DNA from: an uncultured Bacteroidia bacterium
GTDB lineage: Bacteria; Bacteroidota; Bacteroidia; Bacteroidales; CAJPTX01
NCBI GenBank assembly: GCA_965240855.1
Contig: CBDEMG010000007.1
Span: 19 to 64,018 of the forward strand
DNA: 64,000 nt
Direction of reading: 5' to 3'
A program made the translations under genes and the position numbers. A model generated the notes under the pieces. It was not told the DNA's origin. It saw only the letters and a list, made by a program, of their open reading frames with translations, and did not search any database. Shown here one piece after another: positions 10,001-19,286 of this stretch (positions within the stretch are counted from its first letter, which is position 1; every line of letters starts with the position of its first letter).

Positions 10001-11294
10001 GCCAGTCTACGACCGTATGGGACGTGTGCAAGATGTACGTCTAATGTCGCTCGAAGAACTCGGGAGACCACGTATCGATGTCTTGGTGCAGACCTCAGGA
10101 CAGTTCCGTGATCTCGCCGCAAGTCGACTATTCTTAATTCAAAAGGCTGTGAATTTGGCTTCTGAAGCGCAAGAGGAGTCAGACGAACAGAACGAAGTTT
10201 TGAAAGGTGTTCGAGATGCCGAGCGTGTATTGTTAGATAAGGGACTCTCGCCACTCGAAGCGCGAAAGCTCAGTAAATTCCGCGTCTTTGGTGGTCTTAA
10301 CGGTGCTTACGGGACGGGGATTCAGGGAATGGTTGAGAGTGGAGATAGCTGGGAAACGCGCAAAGAAATAGCGGACGCATATCTTAACAACATGGGCGCT
10401 GTCTATGGAGATCAAGAGAACTGGCAGTCGTATACCAACGGTGTCTTTGAAGCTGCCATCCAAAATACGGATGCTGTGGTACAACCGCGTCAAAGTAACA
10501 CTTGGGGCGCGTTGAGTCTCGACCACGTATACGAATTTATGGGAGGCCTCACACTAACCGTACGCGAAGTAACGGGGAAAGACCCTGAAGGATATTTTAG
10601 CGACCTACGTAATAGACGACGTGTTCGTACGCAAGAATTGAAACAGTCAATTGGCGTCGAGGCGCGTACCACAATACTTAACCCTACCTATATTAAGGAG
10701 ATGGTTAAAGGCGGGGCTAATTCGGCGAATAGCTTCGACGAGATTGTACGCAATACCTATTCTTGGAATGTGATGAAGCCTTCGGCGATCGACAAAGAGC
10801 TCTGGGACGATATCTACAAGACGTATATCCTTGATGATAAAAATCTAGGTATTCAGGAGTTTTTTGAGCGCGAAAATCCTGCAGCTTTGCAAGATTTCAC
10901 GGCCACGATGCTTGAGACCGTACGCAAAGGGATGTGGAAAGCAACTCCCGAGCAGGTGCAGAAGATTGCAGAAGTGCATGCAGCAGCTGTAGAGAAATTC
11001 AATGCGGGGTGTAGTGGCATGGTCTGTGGAAATGTAAAACTCCATGACTTTATTGCGCAAAATGTGAGTGCCGAGCAAGCACAACAGTATAAGAAGAGTA
11101 TTACGCAAGTGCGCGAAGTCCCTAAGAGTGCTGATGGCGAAAAAGCTAAAGTCCTAAAGAAAGAAAATAGCGACGTTAGCGGTGCTGAGACGCAAACCTC
11201 TAGTTCGAAACTCCCGTGGACAATTGTGGCTGGAGTTGTAATTTTGCTCCTAGTTGTTGTACAGATAGTAAGACGCGCCAGACGTAAAAAATAG
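7029..11294 (+). CDS. hmuS: CobN/Mg-chelatase-like large subunit homolog (HmuS), anchored by N- and C-terminal TM helices
   Basis: 1421 aa. CobN-family blocks include HFGTHGSLEFVQGKQ and LPTGRNLFAIDAERTPT. Predicted TM helices at both termini. Contains a Met/Gly-rich low-complexity insert at aa 790-846. Third position in an hmu-type operon. Confidence 0.85.
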   Translation: MKKRIIWVLLILLLLVLVGGGIFMFRPRAVRIALVNYPESSLKGMMLSVDKKNVTLHSVNNTEELASYDAVIAFGMGLKWTDEDRERVKALDTKGIRYISIMTTTPENALTNIDSAQIRTFLTYFRNAGLSAGATNLRSGFNYFRTEILGKPLREGEVKEPIEYPSECLFPKNIPDKSFATVAEFQAFYKENGFREGAPKLAFFTGMASGPFSPDREHLDSIINTLERVGFNVYPINAMGRRLEYLDEIDPDLVVYMPHGRFIMGASKVVSDWFSQHNTPLFAPLTINLLREEWEANPNGMIGGFLSQSVATPEMDGALLPYVVVAQKADQDGVNYNFALPDRMETFAQTLWKYAQLQRKPNSEKKVALYYLKGPGANTLVASGLEVIPSLYNVLKELQKKGYNLEGLPASAVEFGKVLMQQAPLFNSYAEGSSSKYLESGYPELVRGDSLKAWMRKVMTAQQLDSLRKKFGEIPGEHQVTVKDGELCVGVAKVQFGNVVLIPQPAQGVGVNDFKMVHGSAGIPAYPFIAAYLWARHGFGADVMMHFGTHGSLEFVQGKQVALSSQDYPDRLVYDLPHVYYYTTANIGEGMIAKRRSYARLVSYLPPPFIATQLEGAVGNFMRLTDKFLAQEKDDEKLALQIKQLAIKEGYHRDLKLDTIPEKPYSRTEIETLADFVQELASAKIVGGNYITGEPFVDAKISSSVLLMTADPVAYALSQIDLCRGKTTPQLLKKTAYFDTHYLKKAEALVRKLQANPKSAVEGLMREAGVTADDLALALRVAAWQEEQEMKGMGMMGMMGSGMPPAGMSKMMGQGGKMPANMGGAKPQAKPEGMGGGHPSGMPQMGNAQTASNEPTPEQERLGDAVNLLNRSLQKVGTYDKYLRESPQIELDAISNAFAGGYTATSPGGDFISSPDVLPTGRNLFAIDAERTPTKNAWEHGKELADGLIADYKQRNNGELPHKVSFSLWSSSFIESEGTTIAEILYLLGAEPVYDRMGRVQDVRLMSLEELGRPRIDVLVQTSGQFRDLAASRLFLIQKAVNLASEAQEESDEQNEVLKGVRDAERVLLDKGLSPLEARKLSKFRVFGGLNGAYGTGIQGMVESGDSWETRKEIADAYLNNMGAVYGDQENWQSYTNGVFEAAIQNTDAVVQPRQSNTWGALSLDHVYEFMGGLTLTVREVTGKDPEGYFSDLRNRRRVRTQELKQSIGVEARTTILNPTYIKEMVKGGANSANSFDEIVRNTYSWNVMKPSAIDKELWDDIYKTYILDDKNLGIQEFFERENPAALQDFTATMLETVRKGMWKATPEQVQKIAEVHAAAVEKFNAGCSGMVCGNVKLHDFIAQNVSAEQAQQYKKSITQVREVPKSADGEKAKVLKKENSDVSGAETQTSSSKLPWTIVAGVVILLLVVVQIVRRARRKK

Positions 11295-11383
11295 TGTAGA
11301 GAAGAAAAGTCGTTATCGTATTCTATTCCTTCGGATAGGATACGGAAAACACAGACTTTTTCGCATAAACAGGATTTTCGGTT

Positions 11384-12109
11384 GTGGAAAACGTATTTTT
11401 GTTACTCAGCTTTCTAGCGGTATTCAAGCTCGTGGTAGAGGAGGGGGAGCGTCGCTCGTGGTTTTTGCGAGCGGCTCATGCACTTCTTTACGCTGGCTTT
11501 ATCATAGCGCTTCAACCCATTGCACTTACGATCAACAAGATGTGGGTCGACGAGACGCTTAATACCCTCAAATGGCTTAATGATGTTACGCTATTAGTCA
11601 TGCTCGATATGTTGCTGGCAACACTCGCCGTAACATCGCAAGAAGTACGCTGGCCTTCCAAACGCAGATTACGATACTACGGATTGCTGCAACTAATCTT
11701 TGATTGTTTCCACAAACTTACTTACTATATCCCGCCGTTACTCATACTGCCAGCACTATTTTATTTTCGCGTGGAGTTACTTTTCCTTCTCACGGGCTAT
11801 TCGTTCAGCGGCGTTACGTATGCTTTGGCGCTTGTAGTCATTCTCTTAGTTCTCTTTGCGCCATACATTAGTCGCTTCTTTTCTTTGGTACGCGAGAGTG
11901 CAATACTGCTGAGTTTTCTTACTTTTCTTCTGGTAATTACGGCTATGCTTTTTGCGCCAGAGGGGCTCGTACATGGGGTCTCGCAAGCCGATCTGCCGCA
12001 AGAACTTGTGCATGCGGGCATATTGCTTTTAGCCTTTGCGGTGGTCGCTGGTGGAGGCTTTCTTTTTTACCGCTTGCTACATCGTACGCGAAAAACGCAA
12101 ACACATTAG
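11384..12109 (+). CDS. hmuT: Polytopic inner-membrane protein of the hmu operon (HmuT-like)
   Basis: 241 aa with a GTG start. Strongly hydrophobic with several predicted helices. The call rests on its conserved position between the CobN-like and MotA/ExbB-like genes. Confidence 0.6.
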   Translation: MENVFLLLSFLAVFKLVVEEGERRSWFLRAAHALLYAGFIIALQPIALTINKMWVDETLNTLKWLNDVTLLVMLDMLLATLAVTSQEVRWPSKRRLRYYGLLQLIFDCFHKLTYYIPPLLILPALFYFRVELLFLLTGYSFSGVTYALALVVILLVLFAPYISRFFSLVRESAILLSFLTFLLVITAMLFAPEGLVHGVSQADLPQELVHAGILLLAFAVVAGGGFLFYRLLHRTRKTQTH

Positions 12110-12141
12110 ATTACAACGGACGTTACATAATATTCTGACAG

Positions 12142-12735
12142 ATGAAATTTATTACGGACATTATGTTCTGGGTCTCGAACGGATTGCTTATTCCTGTAAT
12201 AATCGGACTCGTTGTGTTATTTCTCCTTTCCTTATTACTTCTTGGAGGTTTCTTAGGGATACGTCAGCGCCAGAGAGCTCATGCCAAAAAATACTCTCCG
12301 CTCTTTAGTACTATCAAATACAGCGGTCTCGAACCCCTTCGCGAGACGCTTGCTGCAGCAGATCGTTCTACTCCTTTCGAAAAAGTAGCGCTCGATCTCC
12401 TGCAAGTGACCGCTGCGGAGCGAAACTATCTAATCTCTACCTACGAGCTCGAACTAGAGAAACGCTTGGCGCGTCCGAAGTTCTTAACAAAATTTGGTCC
12501 TATACTCGGGCTCATGGGGACTCTTATCCCTATGGGACCGGCGTTAGTTGCTCTCGGCACGGGCGATGTCTCTTCCATGGCATATAACATGCAAGTTGCG
12601 TTTGCGACGACGGTCTTAGGTATGTTCGCCTCGGGTATCGGCTATTTTCTTCTTCAGGCGCTACGTGCATACAATCAGCAAGATCTTATTTGGCTAGACT
12701 ACATAAACGAGACCTTGAGCGATGAAAGTAAATAG
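12142..12735 (+). CDS. hmuU: MotA/TolQ/ExbB proton-channel family protein (HmuU-like)
   Basis: 197 aa. C-terminal channel motif FGPILGLMGTLIPMGPAL plus a following TM helix. Operon position supports the call. Confidence 0.8.
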   Translation: MKFITDIMFWVSNGLLIPVIIGLVVLFLLSLLLLGGFLGIRQRQRAHAKKYSPLFSTIKYSGLEPLRETLAAADRSTPFEKVALDLLQVTAAERNYLISTYELELEKRLARPKFLTKFGPILGLMGTLIPMGPALVALGTGDVSSMAYNMQVAFATTVLGMFASGIGYFLLQALRAYNQQDLIWLDYINETLSDESK

Positions 12736-13054
12736 ACGCAGATTTGCTGAGGAGGAGGTAGATCCCTCAAGTCTAGTATCGAATTTGTTCGATATTGCTA
12801 TGGTTTTTGCCCTCGCGCTTATGGTGGCGCTCGTTACCAAATTCAATATGACAGAAGTCTTCTCGAAGGAGGATTATACGATTGTAAAGAATCCTGGGAA
12901 GGACGATATGGAGATTTTGATGAAAAAGGGCGAAAAGATTGAAAAATACAAACCCAGCGAGAGCACTGAGTCAAGCAACAAATCTAAGGGGAAGAAAATT
13001 GGTATTGCTTACCAACTCGAGAATGGGGATATTGTCTATATCCCAGAAGAATAA
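12722..13054 (+). CDS. hmuV: Small single-pass membrane protein (DUF2149/HmuV-like), translationally coupled to hmuU
   Basis: 110 aa, overlaps hmuU by 14 nt. One TM helix (MVFALALMVALV) followed by a charged tail. Last gene of the operon. Confidence 0.6.
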   Translation: MKVNRRRFAEEEVDPSSLVSNLFDIAMVFALALMVALVTKFNMTEVFSKEDYTIVKNPGKDDMEILMKKGEKIEKYKPSESTESSNKSKGKKIGIAYQLENGDIVYIPEE

Positions 13055-13150
13055 TCATTCGTGGCGATAGTTGCGTAAGCTAGGTGAGTTAGAGACGCTA
13101 TAAACGAAACCTCAAAACATCTCAGCAAAGCATTGATGATTAGGTTTTTA

Positions 13151-13230
13151 TGTAGGGACAGGGCATATCCTGTCTGGTAAAGATAACGGCATATTTGTTT
13201 TATATCCCTCATAATTTATATTTTGACTTT
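13151..13230. repeat. Intergenic repeat element, copy A (GC-rich palindrome GACAGGGCATATCCTGTC plus an AT-rich tail)
   Basis: The palindrome module and the tail GGTAAAGATAACGGCATATTTGTTTTATAT...TAATTTATATTTTGAC recur at 19383-19577. The palindrome module alone recurs, inverted, at about 61690-61718. Confidence 0.6.
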
Positions 13231-13281
13231 CCCCTAGCGTGCAAGCCCAATTTTCACCCTATCTACTGATTTTTCTTAACG

Positions 13282-14205
13282 ATGTCGTCACAGCTTGAGA
13301 TTGCTTGGGAGGGAGCAATTCGCGAGTACATACACTATCTCCGCCTTGAGCGTGCACTCTCCGAGGCGAGTATACAGGCATACGAGCATGATGTAAACCT
13401 CCTGGCGCGTTTTGCGCTCACGCAACTCGAGAAGAAACCCACCGCGATAGATCAACACGATATCGAGCTACTTATTTTTGAGATTGGACGCGATGAATAC
13501 CTCGGTGCACGCTCACAAAATCGAGTACTCTCGGGCTTGCGTTCTTTCTTTCGCTACCTCCTTCTCGAAGAGCTTATTACCAGAGATCCCACCGAATTGA
13601 TAGCTTCACCACAACTCCCTAAAAATCTCCCTACGGTGCTCTCTACGGAGGAGGTCGATGCAATGGAGGCGGCTATTGATCTCGAAAGTAAATCTGGCTT
13701 GCGCGATTTGGCAATAATCGAACTGCTTTTCAGTTGTGGGCTTCGAGTCTCCGAACTAACCAATCTCAAAATCAATAATATCTTTTGGGACGACCACGTC
13801 GTGCGAGTATTAGGCAAAGGGCAGAAAGAACGATTCGTTCCTATTGGTGCGAAAGCTCTGAACGATCTCAAGAATTACCTCGTTGTGCGCAATACTTGGG
13901 ATGTGAATAAAGAGTACGAAAACGTGATATTTCTGAATCTTCGTGGCGCACAGCTCAGCCGAATTAGCGTGTTCAAGCTCGTAAAGAGTCTTGCGCAAAC
14001 GGTGGGGCTCTCTAAAAATATTAGTCCGCACACACTCAGGCATAGTTTTGCTACAGCGTTAGTAATTGGGGGCGCAGATCTCCGTATAGTACAAGAGATG
14101 CTAGGGCATGCTTCTATCGTTACTACGGAGTTGTATACGCATCTCTCTCGCGAACATCTGCGTAAAACGATTGAGGAGTGCCACCCCCGAGGTAAGTACA
14201 AATAA
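13282..14205 (+). CDS. xerD: Tyrosine site-specific recombinase, XerD-like
   Basis: 307 aa. N-terminal SAM-like core-binding domain. Catalytic region HTLRHSFATALVIGGADLRIVQEMLGHASIVTTELYTH carries the R..HxxR..Y signature. Confidence 0.85.
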   Translation: MSSQLEIAWEGAIREYIHYLRLERALSEASIQAYEHDVNLLARFALTQLEKKPTAIDQHDIELLIFEIGRDEYLGARSQNRVLSGLRSFFRYLLLEELITRDPTELIASPQLPKNLPTVLSTEEVDAMEAAIDLESKSGLRDLAIIELLFSCGLRVSELTNLKINNIFWDDHVVRVLGKGQKERFVPIGAKALNDLKNYLVVRNTWDVNKEYENVIFLNLRGAQLSRISVFKLVKSLAQTVGLSKNISPHTLRHSFATALVIGGADLRIVQEMLGHASIVTTELYTHLSREHLRKTIEECHPRGKYK

Positions 14206-14254
14206 GGTTTTCTTGCAAGAGTACGCTACCTTTGCATAGTCAAATTGTAGGAAG

Positions 14255-15952
14255 ATGCAAAGGAAGACGTGGTTTGATTTCTCTCCTAAACTTTTCGATT
14301 CTCTAAAGAATTATTCTGCCAAAAGCTTTGCGCAGGATGCTATGGCGGGCATTATTGTCGGGATTGTAGCGCTACCTCTTGCCATCGCTTTTGGTATTGC
14401 GAGCGGCGTATCCCCCGAAATAGGAATTTTTACTGCCATTCTCGGCGGCTTTATTGTCTCATTACTTGGAGGTTCGAATGTGCAAATCGGCGGACCGACT
14501 GGGGCGTTTATCGTAATCGTTTACGGAATAATTCAGCGATATGGTATCGACGGGCTTATTCTAGCAACCCTCATGGCGGGGGTTTTGCTCATTGTCATGG
14601 GTGTGCTGCGTCTAGGTACTCTTATCAAATTCATTCCATACCCCATTATCGTCGGCTTTACGGCTGGAATAGCTATTACGATCTTTTCCACACAGATTAA
14701 TGATCTTTTAGGACTCGGACTGACGAAGCTCCCCGGCGATTTTCTCGGTAAGTGGCGCGAATATATTGGCGCACTCCAGAATATTTCTCTCTTACCGCTT
14801 CTTTTTGGGCTTGGGAGTGTACTACTTATTATTATTACGCCGCGATTCTCTAAGAAGATCCCAGGCTCGTTGTTAGCCATTGTGCTGCTTTCCGTGCTTG
14901 CCTTCCTCCTCAAACGATTTTTACATATCGAAGGGCTAGAATGCATTGGCGATCGCTATACCATCCAAACAACGCTTCCTACTCCCGTGATCCCATCCTT
15001 AAACTTCGAAACAATTCGAGAGCTCTTCCCTTCGGCATTCACTATTGCCCTTTTAGGTGCAATAGAGTCGTTGCTCTCTGCAAGTGTTGCCGATGGCGTA
15101 ACGGGCGATCGCCATCGTTCGAACACCGAACTTATTGCACAGGGAGCTGCGAATCTAGTCGTGCCAATTTTTGGAGGCATCCCCGTAACGGGAGCAATTG
15201 CGCGAACCATGACCAACATAAACAATGGCGGGAAAACCCCTATTGCGGGGCTAATTCACGCGCTGGTACTACTTCTATTACTGCTATTTTTAGGACCTTT
15301 GATGGATTATATCCCGATGGCAGTCTTGGCAGGAGTGCTTGTCATTGTTTCCTATAATATGAGTGGGTGGCGCTCCATCGTAGGGATATTTCGCGGGCCA
15401 CGTGCAGACATCGCCATCATGGCAGTAACCTTTGCGCTTACGGTGCTATTAGATCTTACGGTGGCCATAGAGATCGGATTATTGCTAGCGATGCTTGTCT
15501 TTATGCGTCGTATGATCGAATCGGTACATATTCGCGTCTCGGAGGATACTTTGCCTCTTGATCTTGAAGAACAAAAGAATCTCGATTTGCAAAACGAGAG
15601 TATAGAGATCCCTAAGGGCGCTGAGGTCTACGAGATAGAAGGTCCCTTCTTTTTCGGAATAGCAAATCAATTCGAGGAAACGGTAACTGCCGTTGGGCGA
15701 ACCTCAAGAGTCCGTATTATACGTATGCGCTTTGTATCGTTTATGGACTCTACGGGGCTTCATAACCTAACCAACCTCGTGCGCATGTGTAAGATGAACA
15801 AAGTTCACCTAATTCTCAGTGGAGTGAATAAAGATGTACTACACACGCTTCTTTCCTCAGGTCTTTTGCACGAACTCGGACAAGAGAATGTGCTACCCAA
15901 TATACACTTAGCACTGAAACGAGCGCAAGAAGTCTTAGATACAGAGGGATAG
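14255..15952 (+). CDS. SulP-family anion permease with C-terminal STAS domain
   Basis: 565 aa. Polytopic N-terminal transporter domain typical of SulP, and a C-terminal STAS-like segment (RIIRMRFVSFMDSTGLHNL). Confidence 0.85.
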   Translation: MQRKTWFDFSPKLFDSLKNYSAKSFAQDAMAGIIVGIVALPLAIAFGIASGVSPEIGIFTAILGGFIVSLLGGSNVQIGGPTGAFIVIVYGIIQRYGIDGLILATLMAGVLLIVMGVLRLGTLIKFIPYPIIVGFTAGIAITIFSTQINDLLGLGLTKLPGDFLGKWREYIGALQNISLLPLLFGLGSVLLIIITPRFSKKIPGSLLAIVLLSVLAFLLKRFLHIEGLECIGDRYTIQTTLPTPVIPSLNFETIRELFPSAFTIALLGAIESLLSASVADGVTGDRHRSNTELIAQGAANLVVPIFGGIPVTGAIARTMTNINNGGKTPIAGLIHALVLLLLLLFLGPLMDYIPMAVLAGVLVIVSYNMSGWRSIVGIFRGPRADIAIMAVTFALTVLLDLTVAIEIGLLLAMLVFMRRMIESVHIRVSEDTLPLDLEEQKNLDLQNESIEIPKGAEVYEIEGPFFFGIANQFEETVTAVGRTSRVRIIRMRFVSFMDSTGLHNLTNLVRMCKMNKVHLILSGVNKDVLHTLLSSGLLHELGQENVLPNIHLALKRAQEVLDTEG

Positions 15953-15960
15953 AGACGAAC

Positions 15961-15997
15961 AAAAAAAACGAGCACTCGCCCTAAAGCAAAGTGCTCG
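15961..15997 (-). terminator. Rho-independent terminator for the minus-strand beta-barrel gene
   Basis: Stem CGAGCAC/GTGCTCG at 15969-15975 and 15991-15997. On the minus strand it is followed by a U8 run (the A8 at 15961-15968). Confidence 0.55.
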
Positions 15998-16025
15998 CTC
16001 ATAAAAAAATATAACTAGGACTCAA

Positions 16026-16568
16026 CTAAAATTTGTAATTAGCGCCTAACGAAAGCATAGGCATAGAAAGACCTATGTAAGGTATGGCTGCAAGTTCGAA
16101 GTTCATACCCCAATTCTCAGTAAATGCATAGCGCAGACCAAAATAGAAGTCAAAACTATAACCTGCTGCAAAAGTTGCAGGGGTTAGGGCTTCTTCTTTT
16201 CCCGACGTTGGATTTGTCCAAGTAAGTGCTGGTATATAGACCATGTTCACACCATTCACCATCCCGATATAGACATCGAGCTTGTCAAACTGATTGTGGA
16301 GTGTAACTCGAACATTGGCGGAATGGAGTGTGCGGAAAGTTGTTCCTAGGTATGCCCCCACTCCAAGCGAGCCGCGACCACTACTATAGAAGTCGCTAAG
16401 TACACAATATTCGTACGAAGCGCCTATGTGCGGTAATATAAAGCCCTTCATACCAAAGTTCAAACCGATGAGCGATTCACCTTTTTTGAATCCTCCCACG
16501 CCTCCACGAGCATTTGCCGCGAAGACTACTGCTACTAATAGTAGCGCAACTACAACAAATTTCTTCAT
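16026..16568 (-). CDS. Small outer-membrane beta-barrel protein (about 180 aa, OmpW/opacity-like fold class)
   Basis: ORF track gives 16026-16631. The ATG at 16566-16568 yields the signal peptide MKKFVVVALLLVAVVFAANA. Alternating hydrophobic beta-strand pattern and a C-terminal LGANYKF ending in an aromatic residue. Confidence 0.7.
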   Translation of the reverse strand: MKKFVVVALLLVAVVFAANARGGVGGFKKGESLIGLNFGMKGFILPHIGASYEYCVLSDFYSSGRGSLGVGAYLGTTFRTLHSANVRVTLHNQFDKLDVYIGMVNGVNMVYIPALTWTNPTSGKEEALTPATFAAGYSFDFYFGLRYAFTENWGMNFELAAIPYIGLSMPMLSLGANYKF

Positions 16569-16720
16569 AATATTTGTTTTTTTTGTAAAAAAGCACCGTA
16601 AAATGTCGCAACGAACAGAGATGCGACGCACGCAATATTACACTCTTACACAATAAAGCGCTAAACAAGGAATATGACAGAGCTTTTGATATAAAAACTC
16701 TGTTAAATAATTTAAAAATC

Positions 16721-16731
16721 GGGGGGGGGGG
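16721..16731. repeat. Homopolymeric G11 tract (C11 on the minus strand)
   Basis: Read directly from the sequence: aaaaatc GGGGGGGGGGG tgaaatt. It lies about 150 nt upstream of the beta-barrel gene start (minus strand) and about 330 nt upstream of dnaA. Confidence 0.95.
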
Positions 16732-17062
16732 TGAAATTACATGAAAAGAGGCTCTTCGGTCTTGACCAACGAGTTGTAAAATATTGAAAATAACCTCTCT
16801 TCATTTCTTTTCTTCTTGCTTTGCAAATTTAGCGACTTGTAATGAAATGTATCTTACTCTTTGATAGTTTTCCTCTTTTTATCAAATCTATTTTGTCGTG
16901 GCGATCTTCTCAAATAATGGTTGTAAGGGGGTTCGTAACTTCTAGTAGGTAATTTCTGCAATACATTTAAATGTGGGTATGTTATAGCGTAGTTGAAAGA
17001 GCGATTTTATACGTTTATCTAAATTTACTGTATTATTGTAATAGTATCGAACCGCCAAGATC

Positions 17063-18496
17063 ATGAACAGTCGCCATCCACAAGAAATCTGGCAAACATG
17101 TTTGAATAGTGTAAAAGCGATAGTTTCGCCCTATATATTTGCGACTTATATTGAGTCGATTGAATTTGTGAAGTTCGAAAACGACAAATTGTATCTTCGA
17201 GTACCGAGCGAATATTATCAGCGATATATAGAGGACAACTTGATAAAACATATTCGGAATGCCCTGATTCAAATTTTGGGTAAGGATCCGAAAATTTACT
17301 ATTTCATTAAGCAAACAGAGAGCGACTTCTCGCTTGTACCTGCTGCTCCAGACTATCCGCGCAGAAATCAAAATGTGGTGGTAACCACACCTACGACTCC
17401 CAAAAACAGAACGAACCAATCGGTAACACGCAACTTTACAGTAGATCCACAACTCTTGCCGCAATTTTGTTATGAATATTTTATTGTCGGCGATGGCAAT
17501 ATGGCAGCTTACAAAGCTAGCAAGAGTATTGTAGCAGACTATCCGTCGCAACGGGCTAAGCCACCGCTATTTGTTTTTGGAAGTACAGGGGTGGGGAAGA
17601 CACATCTAATCCAAAGTCTCGGATTTGAATTCAGAAAACTCTACCCGAACAAAGTCGTACACTATATATCTGTAAATCAGTTTACACAGCGTTTTACTGA
17701 TGCGTGTACTCGGAAGAAAAGAGGGGAGAAGGAAGCGATAAACGACTTTGAAGCCTACTACGATTCGATTAACCTTCTGATTCTGGACGATATCCAAGAA
17801 CTTTCCTCACGCTTTGCGACACAGGACTTTTTGCTTAACATTATCGAAAATCTCCAGCATACTAATGGGCAACTGGTTGTAGCGAGTAGTGTCTCGCCTG
17901 CCTCGCTTACGGGATTTCGCGAGACGTTGCTCACGCGTTTAAAGAGTGGAACGGTGATACAGATACAACAGCTCGATAAAGAGAAGCGTGCTGAAATCCT
18001 TAGGTTACAGGCCAGTCTTGATAGTATCGAAAATATACCCGATGAAGTAATTGATTATATAGCACAGAATATTACAACCAGTACACGTGTGCTGATCGGA
18101 GTTTATCTTTCGCTTGTCGCACGTACTACCTTCTTACAGAAGGAAATCACCCTCGAACTTGCACAAGAGATTATTACGCATATCGTAGGTGAAAGTCTCA
18201 TTACGCCACTCACGTTGGATGATATTAAAAATGGGGTTGCAAAATTCTATAAGCTACGTGTAGAGGAGCTTTGTGAAAATACTAGGCGTGCCAACATAGT
18301 AGAACCACGGCAGATTGCGATGTTTCTCGCGCAGCAATACACCAAGAGTTCGCTTGCTGCTATAGGCGAGAATTTGGGGAAGAGGAGTCACTCGACGGTG
18401 CTCCATGCCGTGAAGGCTGTAAACGACCGTATGTATGATAAGGAATTTCGTGAGCGGTTGGAACAGATAAAAAAGGAACTCAATATCTTGGAATAG
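17063..18496 (+). CDS. dnaA: Chromosomal replication initiator protein DnaA
   Basis: 477 aa. AAA+ Walker A GSTGVGKTHL, Walker B LILDDIQ, and a C-terminal DNA-binding domain (RQIAMFLAQQYTKSSLAAIGENLGKRSHSTVLHAVKAV). Confidence 0.95.
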   Translation: MNSRHPQEIWQTCLNSVKAIVSPYIFATYIESIEFVKFENDKLYLRVPSEYYQRYIEDNLIKHIRNALIQILGKDPKIYYFIKQTESDFSLVPAAPDYPRRNQNVVVTTPTTPKNRTNQSVTRNFTVDPQLLPQFCYEYFIVGDGNMAAYKASKSIVADYPSQRAKPPLFVFGSTGVGKTHLIQSLGFEFRKLYPNKVVHYISVNQFTQRFTDACTRKKRGEKEAINDFEAYYDSINLLILDDIQELSSRFATQDFLLNIIENLQHTNGQLVVASSVSPASLTGFRETLLTRLKSGTVIQIQQLDKEKRAEILRLQASLDSIENIPDEVIDYIAQNITTSTRVLIGVYLSLVARTTFLQKEITLELAQEIITHIVGESLITPLTLDDIKNGVAKFYKLRVEELCENTRRANIVEPRQIAMFLAQQYTKSSLAAIGENLGKRSHSTVLHAVKAVNDRMYDKEFRERLEQIKKELNILE

Positions 18497-18506
18497 TTGT
18501 AAAGGG

Positions 18507-19286
18507 ATGTTAACTTGGGTTGATACACACGCACATCTACAAGACGAGGTTTTTCGAGGTGAAGTGGATGGAGTCTTGCAACGAGCCAAGGAAAGTGGGA
18601 TTGAGAAGATCGTGATACCCGCTTGTAGTGAAAAAGATTACCCTGCAGTACTTGAAATTTGTGCGAGTGCTCCTACGCTGTGCTATCCTGCTATAGGCTT
18701 ACATCCTGGCGAGATCGCATCTGACCCCGCTCCGCAATTGAAGGAGTTGCAACATCATATCGATTGCAATGGCGCGTTGGCGATAGGCGAAATAGGTCTC
18801 GATGCCTTTCACTACAAGGAGACTATGGCTCAACAAATCCCAGTTTTCGAGAAACAACTGGAGTGGGCAACCTACTACAAGCTTCCTGTTTTGATACATG
18901 CGCGCAATACGATTGATATGGTACTCTCTATTCTGGAACGGAGAGAGTTCCGGATGGTATGTGGAATCTTACATGCTTTTGAGGGAACTCGCGAACAGTT
19001 GGCTCGCGCACTTAAAAACGACAATCTCATGATTGGAATAGGGGGGATAGCTACATTTAAAAACGGCTTGAAAGAAGATGTGCTTTGCGCTCTCGATCTT
19101 TCGCGCACAGTACTCGAAACAGATTCGCCGTACTTAGCTCCTACCCCTTTTCGAGGGAAACGTAATGAGCCGTCGTATATTCCTATAATAGGTACACGGC
19201 TAGCAACAGTGCGAACCACCCCACTTGATACTATCGCTAGTATTACGACGCGTGCAGCGTATCAATTATTTGCATTTGAGTCCTAG
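18507..19286 (+). CDS. tatD: TatD-family metal-dependent hydrolase/DNase
   Basis: 259 aa. N-terminal WVDTHAHL motif, IGEIGLD, VLIHARN and LETDSPYLAP motifs. Confidence 0.9.
   Translation: MLTWVDTHAHLQDEVFRGEVDGVLQRAKESGIEKIVIPACSEKDYPAVLEICASAPTLCYPAIGLHPGEIASDPAPQLKELQHHIDCNGALAIGEIGLDAFHYKETMAQQIPVFEKQLEWATYYKLPVLIHARNTIDMVLSILERREFRMVCGILHAFEGTREQLARALKNDNLMIGIGGIATFKNGLKEDVLCALDLSRTVLETDSPYLAPTPFRGKRNEPSYIPIIGTRLATVRTTPLDTIASITTRAAYQLFAFES

Noticed and set aside
16632-17062. Possible oriC in the AT-rich 430-bp region upstream of dnaA.
   Set aside because: I looked for clustered DnaA boxes (TTATCCACA / TGTGGATAA) and found only 2-3-mismatch variants (TGTGGGTAT near 16973, TTATCTAAA near 17014, CCATCCACA just inside dnaA). 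There is no clear cluster or adjacent AT-rich 13-mer array. The origin may be here or elsewhere. Deciding this needs a genome-wide GC-skew plot and a DnaA-box PWM scan.
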